Source: Eledone cirrhosa (lineage: Eukaryota). Taken from it: a stretch of 64,000 nucleotides of DNA. The notes beneath the pieces are model-generated. The model did not search any database. It worked only from the letters and a program-made list of their open reading frames with translations, and was not told the origin of the DNA. How positions within the stretch are numbered: position 1 is the stretch's first letter; the number at the start of each line of letters is the position of its first letter. This document shows, piece by piece, positions 16,428 through 29,336 of the stretch. Location: positions 16,182,001 through 16,246,000 of the forward strand of contig OZ024756.1 of assembly GCA_964016885.1 (NCBI GenBank), given 5' to 3'. The position numbers and the translations under genes were made by a program.

Positions 16428-16826
16428 GGGGCGGTGGATTGGCAGTATCGGTAGAGGGTCGGACGCCATGCTTTGACGCATAGTTACGGCCCTTGCCATT
16501 CTGAGTTCAAATCCCGCCGAGGTTAACTTTGCCTTTCATCCTTACGGTGTCGATAAAATAAAGTACCAGTAATGCACTGGGTAATTGCTGGCCTTGTGCC
16601 AAAAGTAGAAACAATTATATATTATATTATGTATGTGTAGGGCGGTGGATTGGCAGTATCGATAGAGCGTCAGACACCATGCTTAGCAGCATAGAGTTAC
16701 GGCCCTTTATGATCTGAGTTCAAATCCCGTCGAGGTTAACTTTGCCTTTCATCCTTACGGAGTCGATAAAATAAAGTACCAGTAATGCACTGGGTAATTG
16801 CTGGCCTTGTGCCAAAAGTAGAAACA
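16428..16826 (+). mobile_element. Two head-to-tail copies of tRNA-derived SINE family A
   Basis: ggcggtggattggcagtatcgg..gagttcaaatccc..ctttcatccttacggNgtcgataaaataaagtaccag..agaaacaatt. Confidence 0.9.
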
Positions 16827-16869
16827 CTTATATATTATGTATGTGTGAGTGTATATGTATGTATGTATA

Positions 16870-16906
<37 letters not shown>

Positions 16907-16974
16907 GAAAAGTATAGAAATTATTATTAGCAAGAAGCACACAATATTTCATTATATATATATATATATTTCAC

Positions 16975-17610
16975 TATATAGTGAAAACTTGTATGGGAAC
17001 AAAAACAGAAAGGCAGAACAAATAAAAGTTTATTAGGTTTACGCTCTTGAGAGTGAGGGAGGGGTTTCCACACATACGCACATTATTTCAATTGTAATAT
17101 ATATTTAAAGTATATGTTGGATGTTTTGTCCTTAAGACAAGCTACATTTTACGCCAGTTACAGTTGACTATATATCAACTTTCTATACTTAATTACATAA
17201 CAATATATAACAAACAAGTTTTGATTGCTTGATATTAAATGAAACGCCTATTGTCTTGTTTTTATTATGAGTGGGAAGTATTGAAAATGTTTCGTCTCTA
17301 CCTTAACTGTTTGTTGTGAAATAGAGGAGGGCGGGGTAACACATAAACGAATGGAATATCTAAGACTGACTATATATTTATATATATGTAACTCGGTGTC
17401 TTAGTCTAGTGTCATCTCACTACACGTTTATTTTTATTTTTATTTGTACTCCTTCCCCCTTTTTTCTAAATGTATTTCCACACACCCTCTGAACTCTCTT
17501 CCTAAACTATTTACTCCTGAAGAAGGGCTTATGCCCGAAACGCCCCCCCCCCCCCTCAAAAGCGTGAACCTAATAAACCTTTATTTGTCTGCCTCTCAAT
17601 TCTGTTCCCG
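16975..17610. mobile_element. Fold-back element with about 95-bp diverged inverted ends and a hammerhead core
   Basis: 16975-17070 inverted vs 17537-17610; CTGAAGA-a-gggc/gccc-GAAAC at about 17518-17541. Confidence 0.6.
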
Positions 17611-17705
17611 TATAAATTTACACTATGTATATATATATATATATATATAAAATAATTAAGTCAAATATGTAAAATTTGGCTTCGTTTATTATAAATTATA
17701 AATTT

Positions 17706-17760
17706 ATTGCTATATATATTTCGGTGCCAGCCATCATTGGCTGTGACCTCATCAGGCAGT
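17706..17760 (-). ncRNA. Minimal hammerhead ribozyme
   Basis: tgc-CTGATGA-ggt..cagcca/tggctg..acc-GAAA-tatata-TA-gca. Confidence 0.68.
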
Positions 17761-17875
17761 CCGAACTGGTGTAGAAAAGACAGGTACATATGTTGTTGAG
17801 GTCTGTTTCACTCCGTCAATACATCGATATGTCCAGCTCCTGGGTGTGTTGTTATTCCTCCGAGGAACTGGAATC

Positions 17876-17914
<39 letters not shown>

Positions 17915-18020
17915 TATATATACACATGTATGTATATTCCGAGAATGAAATATTTAAGATTCTGGCTTTATATTTACATATACAAAAATGCAGTTGATGT
18001 AACTGTGTCTTGGTCTAGTG

Positions 18021-18313
18021 CAGAGGTTCTCAAAGTAGGCGCTGCCGCCCCCTAGTGGGCGGTGAGAAGGTCGGGGGGGGGGGGGGGTCTGAGGACCAAG
18101 GGACTGGTGTAGGACATTAGTGGTGATATAATAGTATATTAAATATCAAATGATACATAGTATATGTTATTTATTATATATAAATTAACGGTCTTATTTA
18201 TATATTATTTACAATTTGCGTGTAGGTAGGTCTCTCTGAAGATAGGGTTTGGGGGCGTTGAGGGTAATACGTGGCTATTGGGGGGGGGGGGTGCAAAAGT
18301 TTGAGAACCTCTG
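18021..18313. mobile_element. hAT (Charlie-like) MITE
   Basis: TIRs cagaggttctcaaa/tttgagaacctctg; 8-bp TSD gtctagtg at 18013-20 and 18314-21. Confidence 0.92.
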
Positions 18314-18532
18314 GTCTAGTGTCACCTCTCTACATCATACACACACACACACACACATGTATGTATATATAATATAATATAATATAATATATATATATAT
18401 GTGTGTGTGTGTGTGTTTAGGGAGCTTTCAGAGTCGGGCTGGATCGATACAGATCGAACCTTGAGCTGATCAATAGCGAAACACGCGTCACTACTCAATC
18501 GACGTAATGAAAACATAACAAATAATCATTTT

Positions 18533-18573
<41 letters not shown>

Positions 18574-18647
18574 ACTGAAATATTTAAGATTCTACATACA
18601 AATGACAGGTGATGTAACTGTCTTGGACTAGTGTCACCTCTCTAGAT

Positions 18648-18679
<32 letters not shown>

Positions 18680-18860
18680 CATACATGTATATATGTTCCT
18701 AGCTGTTCTAGTCATTTGACTGCGGCCATGCTGGTGCACCGCTTTAAAGAAAATGTGGTGGGCTAGTCGATTACATATTTTATCGATCCCTTTTAAGGCA
18801 CACACACATATCATTATCATTTAATGTTCGTTTTCCTATGCTTTCATAGGTTGGCTAGTG

Positions 18861-18927
<67 letters not shown>

Positions 18928-19184
18928 TGTCCTAAAAAAATATATACACACTTCAACAACATTCTAATAAATATATGTATACATTTTTTTGGCACATCCG
19001 TGTGTGTGTGTACACATACACGCGACGGGCTTGGCCAAGGAAGTTTAATATTCAGGTTAGAGACAGCGGAATGCTAATTTTGATGGTGATCAACTAATGA
19101 ATATTCATAAGGGAACTCTCTAAACGTGTTGGTATTATAGTTATTTGGTAGTATGTCTCCCTCTCACTTTCTGTCTACCTAATT

Positions 19185-19500
<316 letters not shown>

Positions 19501-19635
19501 ATATATATCTTTTGTGTAGGACCGATTTTATGTAACATCTGACCAGTATGATAGACACTGACCCGAATTCGAGTCCAATCGTTGATTTAGTATTAAGACT
19601 TCCTGTTTGTTTTGGATAATATATATATACATACA

Positions 19636-19735
19636 CAGGGAGTCCCCCAAAAATGTATACACACTTCAACAGCATTCAAATAAATATTGCCTGTACAGGT
19701 AATCAACTATGTATACATTTTTGGGGTACATCCTG
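19636..19735. mobile_element. 100-bp mariner-like MITE; relic copy at about 18925-19000
   Basis: Imperfect TIRs caggg..ccccaaaaatgtataca / tgtatacatttttgggg..cctg; TA on the right. Confidence 0.7.
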
Positions 19736-19765
19736 TATATATATATATATATATATCCATATACA

Positions 19766-20400
19766 TCTATCTATCTATTACTAAAAGTCTATGATTGCTT
19801 GTCTGTAACGAAATACAACCAAAAGGGCGCATAATGGGAAAATACTTTGAAAGGACGTTGAATCTGAAATGGGAATACAAATGAAATAAAAGAAGTTTTG
19901 CGTAAATCGAAGCACGGATTCCCGTGATATGGGCTTTTTCTGGAAACCTTCATAAACAGAAAGAGAGAAGGATAGAGAGACACACACACATATATATATA
20001 TTTTTATACACACACTCACACATTTATATACACACACACACACACACACACATATATGGGCCTTCACGTTTCATTTCACATTATATACATGTCTGTGTAT
20101 ATTTTAATTATTCAAAAATTCTTTTTAAGTGAACATGATTTTAAAAAAATATTTTGAAGGGAACATGACCCGTGTCACGGGTGGTCTGGTATACTACTAA
20201 AACTTTGTGATTGCTTGCTTGTCTGTAACGAAATACAGCCAAAGGGTTGCATAATGGAATAAAACAAGTTTTGCGTAAATCGAACCACGGATTCCTGAGA
20301 TATGGGGTTTTTCTGGGTACCTTCATAGAGAGAGATAGTTGTTCTGAGAGAGGGAGAGACACAGAAGCGAATCCATATATATATATATGTATATATACAT
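19766..20400 (+). mobile_element. Non-autonomous Helitron-like element: one complete unit plus a tandem partial unit
   Basis: A|TCTATCTA..TACTAAAA start; 3' hairpin acccgtg-t-cacgggt (20168-82) then CTGG (CTRR, 20186-89); second unit starts at 20190. Confidence 0.7.
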
Positions 20401-20403
20401 ATA

Positions 20404-21282
20404 CAGGGTGCGGACAATATCTGTTCGCAAGATTACTGTCTAGGAAAAAATAACACAGTAGTTTTATTTTTTAAGATTTATTTATCAAATTTGGGTCAGT
20501 TTATCTTCATGACTTGTTCTTTCGATCTCACTCGATAAACCTGCCATTGGCTTTGATGATGGCCTCAAGGTGGCCTCGGAACCAGCTACAGGCCTTCGTC
20601 ACTGTCCCCCGACTTAGGCCCCTAAAGGCATTTGTGATCCTGGCCTTCAGATCGTCTTTCGTATTGCAGCTAGATCTGTTGGTGTCTCGCTCCACTGTGC
20701 CTCACATAAAGAAGTCGAGGGGGTTGCAGTCAGGCGAGCTGAGAGGCCAGATGTCAGGTGAAGTGTGGTCGACGAAGTTCTCTGACAGCCAGGCTTGGGT
20801 CTTTCAGCTGGTATGGCAGGGCGCTGAGTCTTGCTGCCACACGTATGGCCTACCTGCAGCTACCTGGTCGATCCAGAGCTTTACTACCTCGCTCAGAACG
20901 CGGATGTAGCCATCAGTGTTCAGCTTGAGGCTCTCAGGGAAGAAGTGAGGTGGCATGACATCACCTTGGCTGCTGACGACACCAAAGACCAATGTTGTCG
21001 CTGGAAACTGTCTGTATGACTCTGGGCACATCTTTGGATGAGACAGCGAGCCACCTGTCGTTCTGGGGGTTGATCTTCTGGTCTTATTTGTCCTCCCGGC
21101 GCAGATTCCAAGAACTCTGTGTCTCTTCCACAAATTTGGAGGTTCAAAATTATTCATAATCAATTATTCTGAAAATAAATAATGGAAATATAGTCACTGT
21201 TTTTATGAAGACAAGTGACAACGGAAGTAAAAAAAATTTGCATAAAAGTCGAAAATTGCTACCAAATATCGTCCGTACCAAG
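20404..21282 (-). mobile_element. Second DD37D transposon copy with the same deletion
   Basis: Colinear with 11096-11973; TIRs and TA flanks. Confidence 0.9.
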
Positions 21283-21379
21283 TATATATGTATATATATA
21301 TATATGTATATATGTATATATATATATATGTATATATATGTATATATATATATATGTATGTATATATATGTATATGTAT

Positions 21380-23930
21380 ACATCTCTCAACACATTCATG
21401 CTGGGTCGTTCACACACATTGACATTGCACATCCAACGGAGCATGCTTGCCTCATTTTTCTCCAGCCGTCGCATATCCTCTGCAGTTGCTGCCCATTACC
21501 ATGCAGCATCGCACTCCTCACACAGGCATCAAATAACCGGCCTTTCGTACGCAGGGAGAAACCCTTCTTCGTCAGCAGAGGAAGCAGCTCCCTAAACTTT
21601 TTCCAACCCGTCCTTATTCTAGATAATATGGCCGCGGAACACCCACCTCCGATGCTAATCTGATCTCCTAGGTACCGGAAGCTATCCACCACTTCTATAG
21701 CACCCGCCTACATTTGAAAAATGTGTCTACCAATGCGACTTCTACTGTCAAATTTCCCCGTACATCTACTGCATACATATTTCTCCCTACCTGTTAGTTT
21801 GCCTGGTATCCCACTACATCTCTTGTGTACCCAGGATATGCATTGTGTGCATTTTATAGAATTTATGCTAGTTCCTTTTCTGCATATCGAACATGGCCAT
21901 TTCCCTGACGGAATCAGAGTTTTCTCCTCTTTTCTACTCATCAACACTTTTGTTTTAGCTAGGTTTACTCTCAGTCCTCTTGCTTCCAACTGCTGTTTCC
22001 ACAGCCAGAATTAATTCTCTCGCTCCTCTACTGATTCTGCTATAAGAACCAGATCGTCAGCATACAGAAGTTCCCATGGACAGCCAGTCTTAAACTCTTC
22101 TGTTATGGCTTGGAGGACTATAATGAACAAGAGCGGGCTGAGGACCGAACCCTGATGTACTCCTACTTGTATCTGGAATTCCTCACTAAACTCCATTCCT
22201 ACTCTGACTTTACTGAGAGTACCTCTGTACAAAGTTTGCACTGTCCTCACAAGCCATTCCTCAACACCTAGTTTCCTTAGGGACCACTAGATGACAGATC
22301 GGGGTACCTTATCAAAGGCCTTCTCTAGGTCAACAAAAGCTAAGTACAGTGGTTTATTCTTCTCTAAGAACCTCTCTTGTAATTGTCTCACCAAGAAGAG
22401 GGCATCTGTTGTACTTTTCCCAGGCACAAAACCAAATTGCATCTCATCTAGTTTGACCCTTTCTCTAATTAGTTGTGCTAATATCCTTTCTGCCACTTTC
22501 ATAACCTGATCCATCAGTTTTATACCTCTATAATTGCTCCTCTCCAGAGCATCCCCTTTACCTTTGTAGCAATTTATGAGAATACTGCTGCACCAGTCTT
22601 TGGGTATGACACCAGCATATATAGCCTGATTGATGATGCGTGCAACCAGTTTAGTGCCTACATCCCCTGATGCCTTCAGCATCTCAGCAACTATCCCCGA
22701 CGGTCCAGCAGCCTTACCAATTTTCATTTCCTTAATCGCCTCAATCTCAATAGCTGGTCCCTCTGTCGGATCTACTGAGGGTAATTTTTCTCTCTCCCAT
22801 TCGTTCTCCACATTCATCAGTCTCTCATAATGACATTTCCAGGCCTCCTTTTTCTGATCATTCGTGACACTAAGTACGCCGACACCATTCCAGACACATT
22901 TATCTCCAACAACATCCTGATTTGCATTGACACACTGCCTTGCAATGTGGAACACCGCACGCCTCTGATCTTCACGTCACAGAACATTGGCAAACCTCCT
23001 ACTCTCAGCCTCCCTGTGTGCTAAGTACACCTGACGTCTAGCTTCTCTCTTAGTGGCTGTATATCCTTCTCTACTCTCACCCTTTTTCCAAGCCTTCCAT
23101 GCTAGTCTTTTGTCTCTAATGGCCTTATTTACTGTGCTGTTCCACCACCAGGTCACTCTCTGTCTGGTTGGAGCTTTGCTCCAGCCACAAGTTTCATCAG
23201 TAGCCTGCAGTAAGTTGTCACGTAAGAAATTCCAGTTATTATCTATGTCATACGTCTCTAAATCATCTTCTTTTTCGTCATACACATATTGAAGGGCTTT
23301 CCTAAATTTGTATTTTAGTGAAAGGTCTTTTAGTTTCCAGACCTTTCTTCTCCACACCTTCTTGTATATCTCATTCCATCTCTTGCTTACTGAGATATCA
23401 CTAACGACTAACCTATGCTGTGGGGTACATTCTTCCCCAGGGTATGCCTTGGTATTAGACACTATCTGCCTGTCCTGCTGCCTAACTAGTAAGAAGTCAA
23501 TCTGGCTTATGTGCTCGCCTGATTTGTAGGTTATTAGGTGGTTGGCAGATTTTTGGAAGTTAGTGTTGCAAATAGTCAGTGTACTTGCATCACAAAATTC
23601 AAGAAGTCTCACTCCTTCTTCATTTCTTGAGCCGTAACCATGCCCACCATGTACCCCAATGTAACCATCCTGGAGCTGTCAACATGACCATTGAAGTCCC
23701 CTGCTAGCATAACGATGTCTCCGTCCTCTGTCATTGCGGTTGTTTGTAAAGGTTGCTCGTAAAAGCAGTCTCTCTTCTTTGCCTAGGCCCGCTTGGGGAG
23801 CATAGGCAGAGATGATTGTCAGTAGTTTCCTGCCTACAACTAATCTAAGCTTAATTATTCGATTACTAACTCGAACTACCTCTATTGTCTTATTGATCCA
23901 TTCTCAGCCAGGAAAATGTCTACTCCCCCA
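21380..23930 (-). mobile_element. RTE LINE relic: APE endonuclease plus RT, frameshifted
   Basis: GDFNGHV, QIDFLLV, QHRLVV (endonuclease); NYRGIKL, QFGF, FVDLEKAFD, GVHQGSVLSP, LYADD (RT). Confidence 0.95.
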
Positions 23931-24261
23931 CAGGATTTTAACTGAAAATTTTATGAAATTTTAGCAAAAAAGAAAAGCTACATAAAACACTTTGTAATCT
24001 TTGTTATCTCCCTTAAATAAGAATCTTAAACTCTTAGAAATGAAGATCTATAATTTATACCCTAGTACATCAGCAGTTGACAATTATATTTTGTCCTGTA
24101 AACTTTATACCAGAGATTCCCAGACTATTTACCTTAAGACTAAAGAATATATTCCATCAGTGGGACCCCCCATACTGCATTGTGAAGCCGATAAAAAAAT
24201 AGTTATACATTGAAAATTAAATAAATTTTTTTTAAATTTCAGCATTCATATTTATTTAATG

Positions 24262-24420
24262 TGGCGAATTGGCTGAGTCGTTAGGTTATCGGATAGAATG
24301 GTTTGTGGTATTCATTCCAACTCTCTGCACTTTGTGTTCAAATTCTGTTGAGGTGAACATAGCCTTTCATCCATTCAAAGTCGATAAAAAAAAAGTACCA
24401 GTCAAGTACTGGGGTCGATT
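24262..24420 (+). mobile_element. Old SINE family A-related copy
   Basis: gttcaaattc..gcctttcatccattcaaagtcgataa..gtaccagt. Confidence 0.6.
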
Positions 24421-24807
24421 CTTCCTTTATATCTTTCTCACTTCCTTTCTCTTGTCCTCTCTATCCTTCTCTGGGAGAAATCTGCTATGTTGAGACCTGG
24501 AGAGGAGATGGGCTCCGTCAGGTGTAAAATGCTCTAGAAATGCTGTATGTCAATACAGCACCTCTATGGCTCAATCAGTCATAGAAAGCAACAGTTTTAC
24601 AGTCAATTTGTATTTTATTGACCCTTTCTTCCCTCAACACCTCTTTTCTTACAACAACCCTCACTACCATCTTATTGTGCTCTTGTTGAGTCTCCCAGAG
24701 CCCCCAGCAATGCAGTGGTAGAACCCTCTTTGGGGATTACTACCTTCCATAATTTTACATAAATCGTTGTACCATACCTATATTTTAGACTGGTCTCACT
24801 ATCTTAA

Positions 24808-26039
24808 CCCTTTAGCATTCACATTACTCTATATATACTATTATATTTTCATGGTAAAGACTTTACCTCACATAATTATCTCACATAACATTTACATTAC
24901 TCTATATATACTATTATATTTTCATGGTAAAGGCTTTACCTCGCATAATATCTCACATAACATTCACATTACTCTATATATACTATTATATTTTCATGGT
25001 AAAGACTTTACCTCACATAATTATCTCACATAACATTCACATTACTCTATATATACTATTATATTTTCATGGTAAAGGCTTTGCCTCACATAATATCTCA
25101 CATAACATTCACATTACTCTATATATACTATTATATTTTCATGGTAAAGACTTTACCTCACATAATTATCTCACATAACATTCACATTACTCTATATATA
25201 CTATTATATTTTCATGGTAAAGGCTTTGCCTCACATAATATCTCACATAACATTCACATTACTCTATATATACTATTATATTTTCATGGTAAAGACTTTA
25301 CCTCACATAATTATCTCACATAACATTCACATTACTCTATATATACTATTATATTTTCATGGTAAAGGCTTTACCTCGCATAATATCTCACATAACATTC
25401 ACATTACTCTATATATACTATTATATTTTCATGGTAAAGGCTTTACCTCACATAATATCTCACATAACATTCACATTACTCTATATATACTATTATATTT
25501 TCATGGTAAAGGCTTTACCTCACATAATATCTCACATAACATTCACATTACTCTATATATACTATTATATTTTCATGGTAAAGGCTTTGCCTCACATAAT
25601 ATCTCACATAACATTCACATTACTCTATATATACTATTATATTTTCATGGTAAAGACTTTACCTCACATAATTATCTCACATAACATTCACATTACTCTA
25701 TATATACTATTATATTTTCATGGTAAAGGCTTTGCCTCACATAATATCTCACATAACATTCACATTACTCTATATATACTATTATATTTTCATGGTAAAG
25801 GCTTTGCCTCACATAATATCTCACATAACATTCACATTACTCTATATATACTATTATATTTTCATGGTAAAGGCTTTGCCTCACATAATATCTCACATAA
25901 TATCGAATCTATGAGATTTTGAAAGTATTTATTTTGAGAACAATACCTGAACATCAGTTTGAGTGACCGTTTACAGACAGTTTCAACAGAAAGAGGTAGA
26001 GAATTCTGGCTGGTTTGGGCTGGTTTGAACATTAAAGGG
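24808..26039 (+). mobile_element. piggyBac-like MITE containing about 15 tandem 72/73-bp units
   Basis: TTAA|CCCTTT...AAAGGG|TTAA; single-unit relatives at 41761 and 49577. Confidence 0.88.
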
Positions 26040-26379
26040 TTAATTTTAATCAGGCAAAATTGTTTTAGAAGATCATCACCAATTCAATGTCTGTTTTCTT
26101 TGCTTAGCATTGGTTGGAATGGTTACTGACCTCCCAAACATGCTGGGAGGCGGGTACATTTCATATATGGTCCCACGCTCTACAAAGTGCATTTTATTGT
26201 GACGGTATTATTTTACTTGAGTGGTTGTCATATCTTTGATATAACTAAAGACCTCTCCAGCCCTTTATTTGACAGATATATATATATATTAGAAAAAAAT
26301 TAGGAAGTTTTGTTTATATGTTTAAGATATTTCTAGTGTATGGACCTGCTATGCACGTTTCACGTAGGCAACACAACAT

Positions 26380-26562
26380 AAAGCACCCAGCACACACTGT
26401 AAATGTGGTTGGGTGTCAGGAAGGGCATCCAGCCATAGAAACCAAGCCTAAACCAGTTCTGTGTGAGTGAATTATGGTCCCTCGACCTGATCGTTCACAA
26501 AGGAGACCGTTTTACCCATGCTAGCATGGAAGATGGATGTTAAATGACGATGATGATGATGA
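26380..26562 (+). mobile_element. RTE-type tail fragment
   Basis: aggaagggcatccagccatagaaa; (GAT)n tail. Confidence 0.7.
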
Positions 26563-26998
26563 TCATCATCGTTTTATGTCCGTTCTTCCACGCTAGCATG
26601 GGTTAGACGGGTTGTCCTCATTGTGGCCAGTGTCCGGTCGGCTGACCTTGTCTTGCTCATTCGGGAACTAATTCTGGCTTGATTTCTACAGCTGGACGCC
26701 CTTCCTAACACCAACCTCATTTACAGTGCGTGCTGGGTGCTTTTTTTCCGTGGTGCCTACACGTCCACTTTACAGTGTGGGCTGGGTGCTTTTCTGCCAT
26801 GGCACCTCCACGACCACTTTGCAGTTGAATGATAGGGACCCCAGTCCCTATCATCTCATTTCTACAGCTGAGTAAACTGGAGCAATGTGAAATAAAGTGT
26901 CTTGCTCAAGGAAACAACACATCACCCGGTCTGAGAATTGAACTCACAACCTTTCGATTGCTAGCCCAATGCTCTAACCACTAAGCCATGTGCCTCCA
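26563..26998 (-). mobile_element. Full-length SINE family B with long RTE tail
   Basis: Head tggaggcacatggcttagtggttagagc..gagttcaattct; core; tail. Confidence 0.85.
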
Positions 26999-26999
26999 T

Positions 27000-27003
27000 A
27001 AAA
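27000..27003 (-). terminator. Pol III T4 terminator of the tRNA-Lys gene
   Basis: TTTT 5 nt after the discriminator base. Confidence 0.65.
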
Positions 27004-27008
27004 GGATT

Positions 27009-27100
27009 CGCCCGCAGAGGGTCTTGAACCCGCGACCCTCAGATACCTTCTTACAATTATCCGTAAAAGTCTGATGCTCTACCAACTGAGCTATGCGGGC
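27009..27100 (-). tRNA. trnK-UUU: tRNA-Lys(UUU) with a 19-nt intron (27045-27063)
   Basis: GCCCGCATAGCTCAGTTGGTAGAGCATCAGACTTTTA[intron]ATCTGAGGGTCGCGGGTTCAAGACCCTCTGCGGGCG; 7-bp perfect acceptor stem, 73 nt after splicing, anticodon at 27065-67, one T-stem mismatch. Confidence 0.93.
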
Positions 27101-27319
27101 GGCTTGTGTGCCAGCAAAGGTACATATATTTCTATGGTGTCATGTAATGGTGTATTTATACACAGCCCTGAGTGCCAGCAAAGGTACATATATTTCTATG
27201 GTGTCCTGTAATTGTGTGTGTGTATACAGGGCCTCATATGTACTGGTGCTTATGCATGTGCTTGTGCTGGATGTCAATCTGGGTGCTGGCTGTGGTGCGT
27301 TTTAGCTAGAATCATGCTC

Positions 27320-28200
27320 CATCATCGTTTTATGTTCACTCTTCCATGCTTGCATGGGTTAGACAGATCCTTCTCAGCACGGCATTGCGATCCTTTGTCA
27401 TTGCCTCAGTGATTTGAGGTCGCTCTCACAATCTCTGCCTAGGTCTTTCTTGGTCTGCCATTACTGCGACTTCATTCCACTGGCATTTCCTGGCCCTTCT
27501 TCACCCAACAATCATTGTCCATGTACATCACATGCCCAAACCAACTCAATCTTCTCTCCTGCATAACTGCCTCGAATTCCCCTTAATCCCAGCTTCTTCA
27601 ACTCATTCCAAATCTGCCTTTCTCTCACTTACATTGCACATCGAATGTAGGATGGTTGCTTCATTTTTCTCCACTCTTTGCACATCTCCCACAGTCACAG
27701 CCCATGTTTAACTACCATGCGGCATCACACTTCACACACAAGCATCATACAGTCGTTCTTTTGTACGTAGGGAGAAACCTTTTGTGGTCAACAATGGGCG
27801 TAGCTCTCTGAACTTCTTCCATCCTATCCTTATTCTAGCTACTATGCACTCATAGCACCCCCCCCCCTCCATTGCTAATTACATTGCCTAAATAGCAGAA
27901 GCTATCAACCACTTCTATGGACTCTTTCCTTTCTGTGACTGGAATAGGTTTACATCACTGGATATTTTCTCCTTGGTTACCCCTGTGCATCTTCTACAAA
28001 CAGTCTTCCCTTCCTGTTAGCCTACTCATTATCCCACTACATCTTTTGTGTACCCAAGATTTACATTGAGTTTATCATATGGAGTTTATGCCTACTCCCT
28101 TTCTGAAGGAACTAGGGTCTTATGTTCTTTCCTACTCACTAGCACTTTAGTTTTGGCTAAGTTTACTCTCAGGCCTTTTGATTCTAAATTCTGTTTCCTG
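27320..28200 (-). mobile_element. Degenerate RTE LINE 3' portion
   Basis: Homologous to 21380-21990 (tagcagaagctatcaaccacttctat, ttttggctaagtttactctcagg). Confidence 0.8.
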
Positions 28201-28323
28201 TGTGTGCATATGTACTGTGTGAACCTAGTAGTACAGTGAGCCAGAACTAATACCAACCAATTTTTAAACTGAGGCCTCTCAAGACTTCGCCATTTCAGTG
28301 CCTTCAGTAATAGTTATAATGAT

Positions 28324-28692
28324 AATTGTTTCTACTTCAGGCACAAGGCCAGCAATTACCCAGTGCATTACTGGTACTTTATTTTATCGACCCTGTAAGG
28401 ATGAAAGGCAAAGTTAACCTCGGCGGGATTTGAACTGAGACCATAAAGGGCCGTAACTCTTTGTTGCAAAGCATGGCGTCCGACCCTCTACAGATACTGC
28501 CAATCCACAATAATAATAAGGTTTTCTGATTGAGACACAAGACCAACAACTTTAAGGGGAGGGGAAAGTCGACTAAAGCAACACCAGTGCATTACTGGTA
28601 CTTTATTTTATCAACCCTGTAATCATGAAAAGCAAATCTAACCTCGGTGAGATTTGAAATCAGAACGTAAAGAGCCGAAACTCTATGCTGCG
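28324..28692 (-). mobile_element. Two tandem SINE family A copies
   Basis: Reverse complement of the 16428 consensus; second copy more diverged. Confidence 0.85.
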
Positions 28693-29253
28693 AATAATAG
28701 TAGTAATAGTGATAATAATGTTAATGGTTTCTAAGAGGGGGGGTATTAGTGGTAGCAGTGGCACAGGTTGTGAATATGTAGAAGGTGGTAGCAATGAGTT
28801 TTATTTATATTTTTGGTTAATCTAGATCTAGAGAGAGAGGGGGAGGGGGGAGGAGACGAGACCCCTCATTCCAACTATGTTTGGTGCCCAGTCGACTGAC
28901 TGTCAAACGTGACTTAGCTTTAATATAGTGCCTAGCAAAGCTGCCACATGCATATTTATGGTGCATATGTTAACATTAAGCAGCTCTTAACGCCAATCCA
29001 ATTTGCATTCATTTCAATATGCTATTTTATTTATTTAGTTATTTTACCTTTTTTTCCTTTATAAATATATATTGTGTGAATATATATATATATATATATG
29101 ATCTGTATGTTTGTATGCATATATATATATATTTTTGAGCTATATGTGTGTGTGTATATATATGTATTTGGGAGCTGTGTGTTTGTATGTATGTATATAT
29201 ATATATATGAGCTCTGTGTGTTTGTATGTATATTTATATTTCTGAGCTATATA

Positions 29254-29287
<34 letters not shown>

Positions 29288-29300
29288 GGAGGTGTGTGTT

Positions 29301-29336
<36 letters not shown>

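Noticed and set aside
16428-16520. SINE heads as tRNA genes
   Set aside because: A/B boxes only, no cloverleaf, and continuous with SINE bodies
24767-25922. Repetitive ORFs or a CRISPR-like array
   Set aside because: Pure tandem units inside a MITE, with no unique spacers
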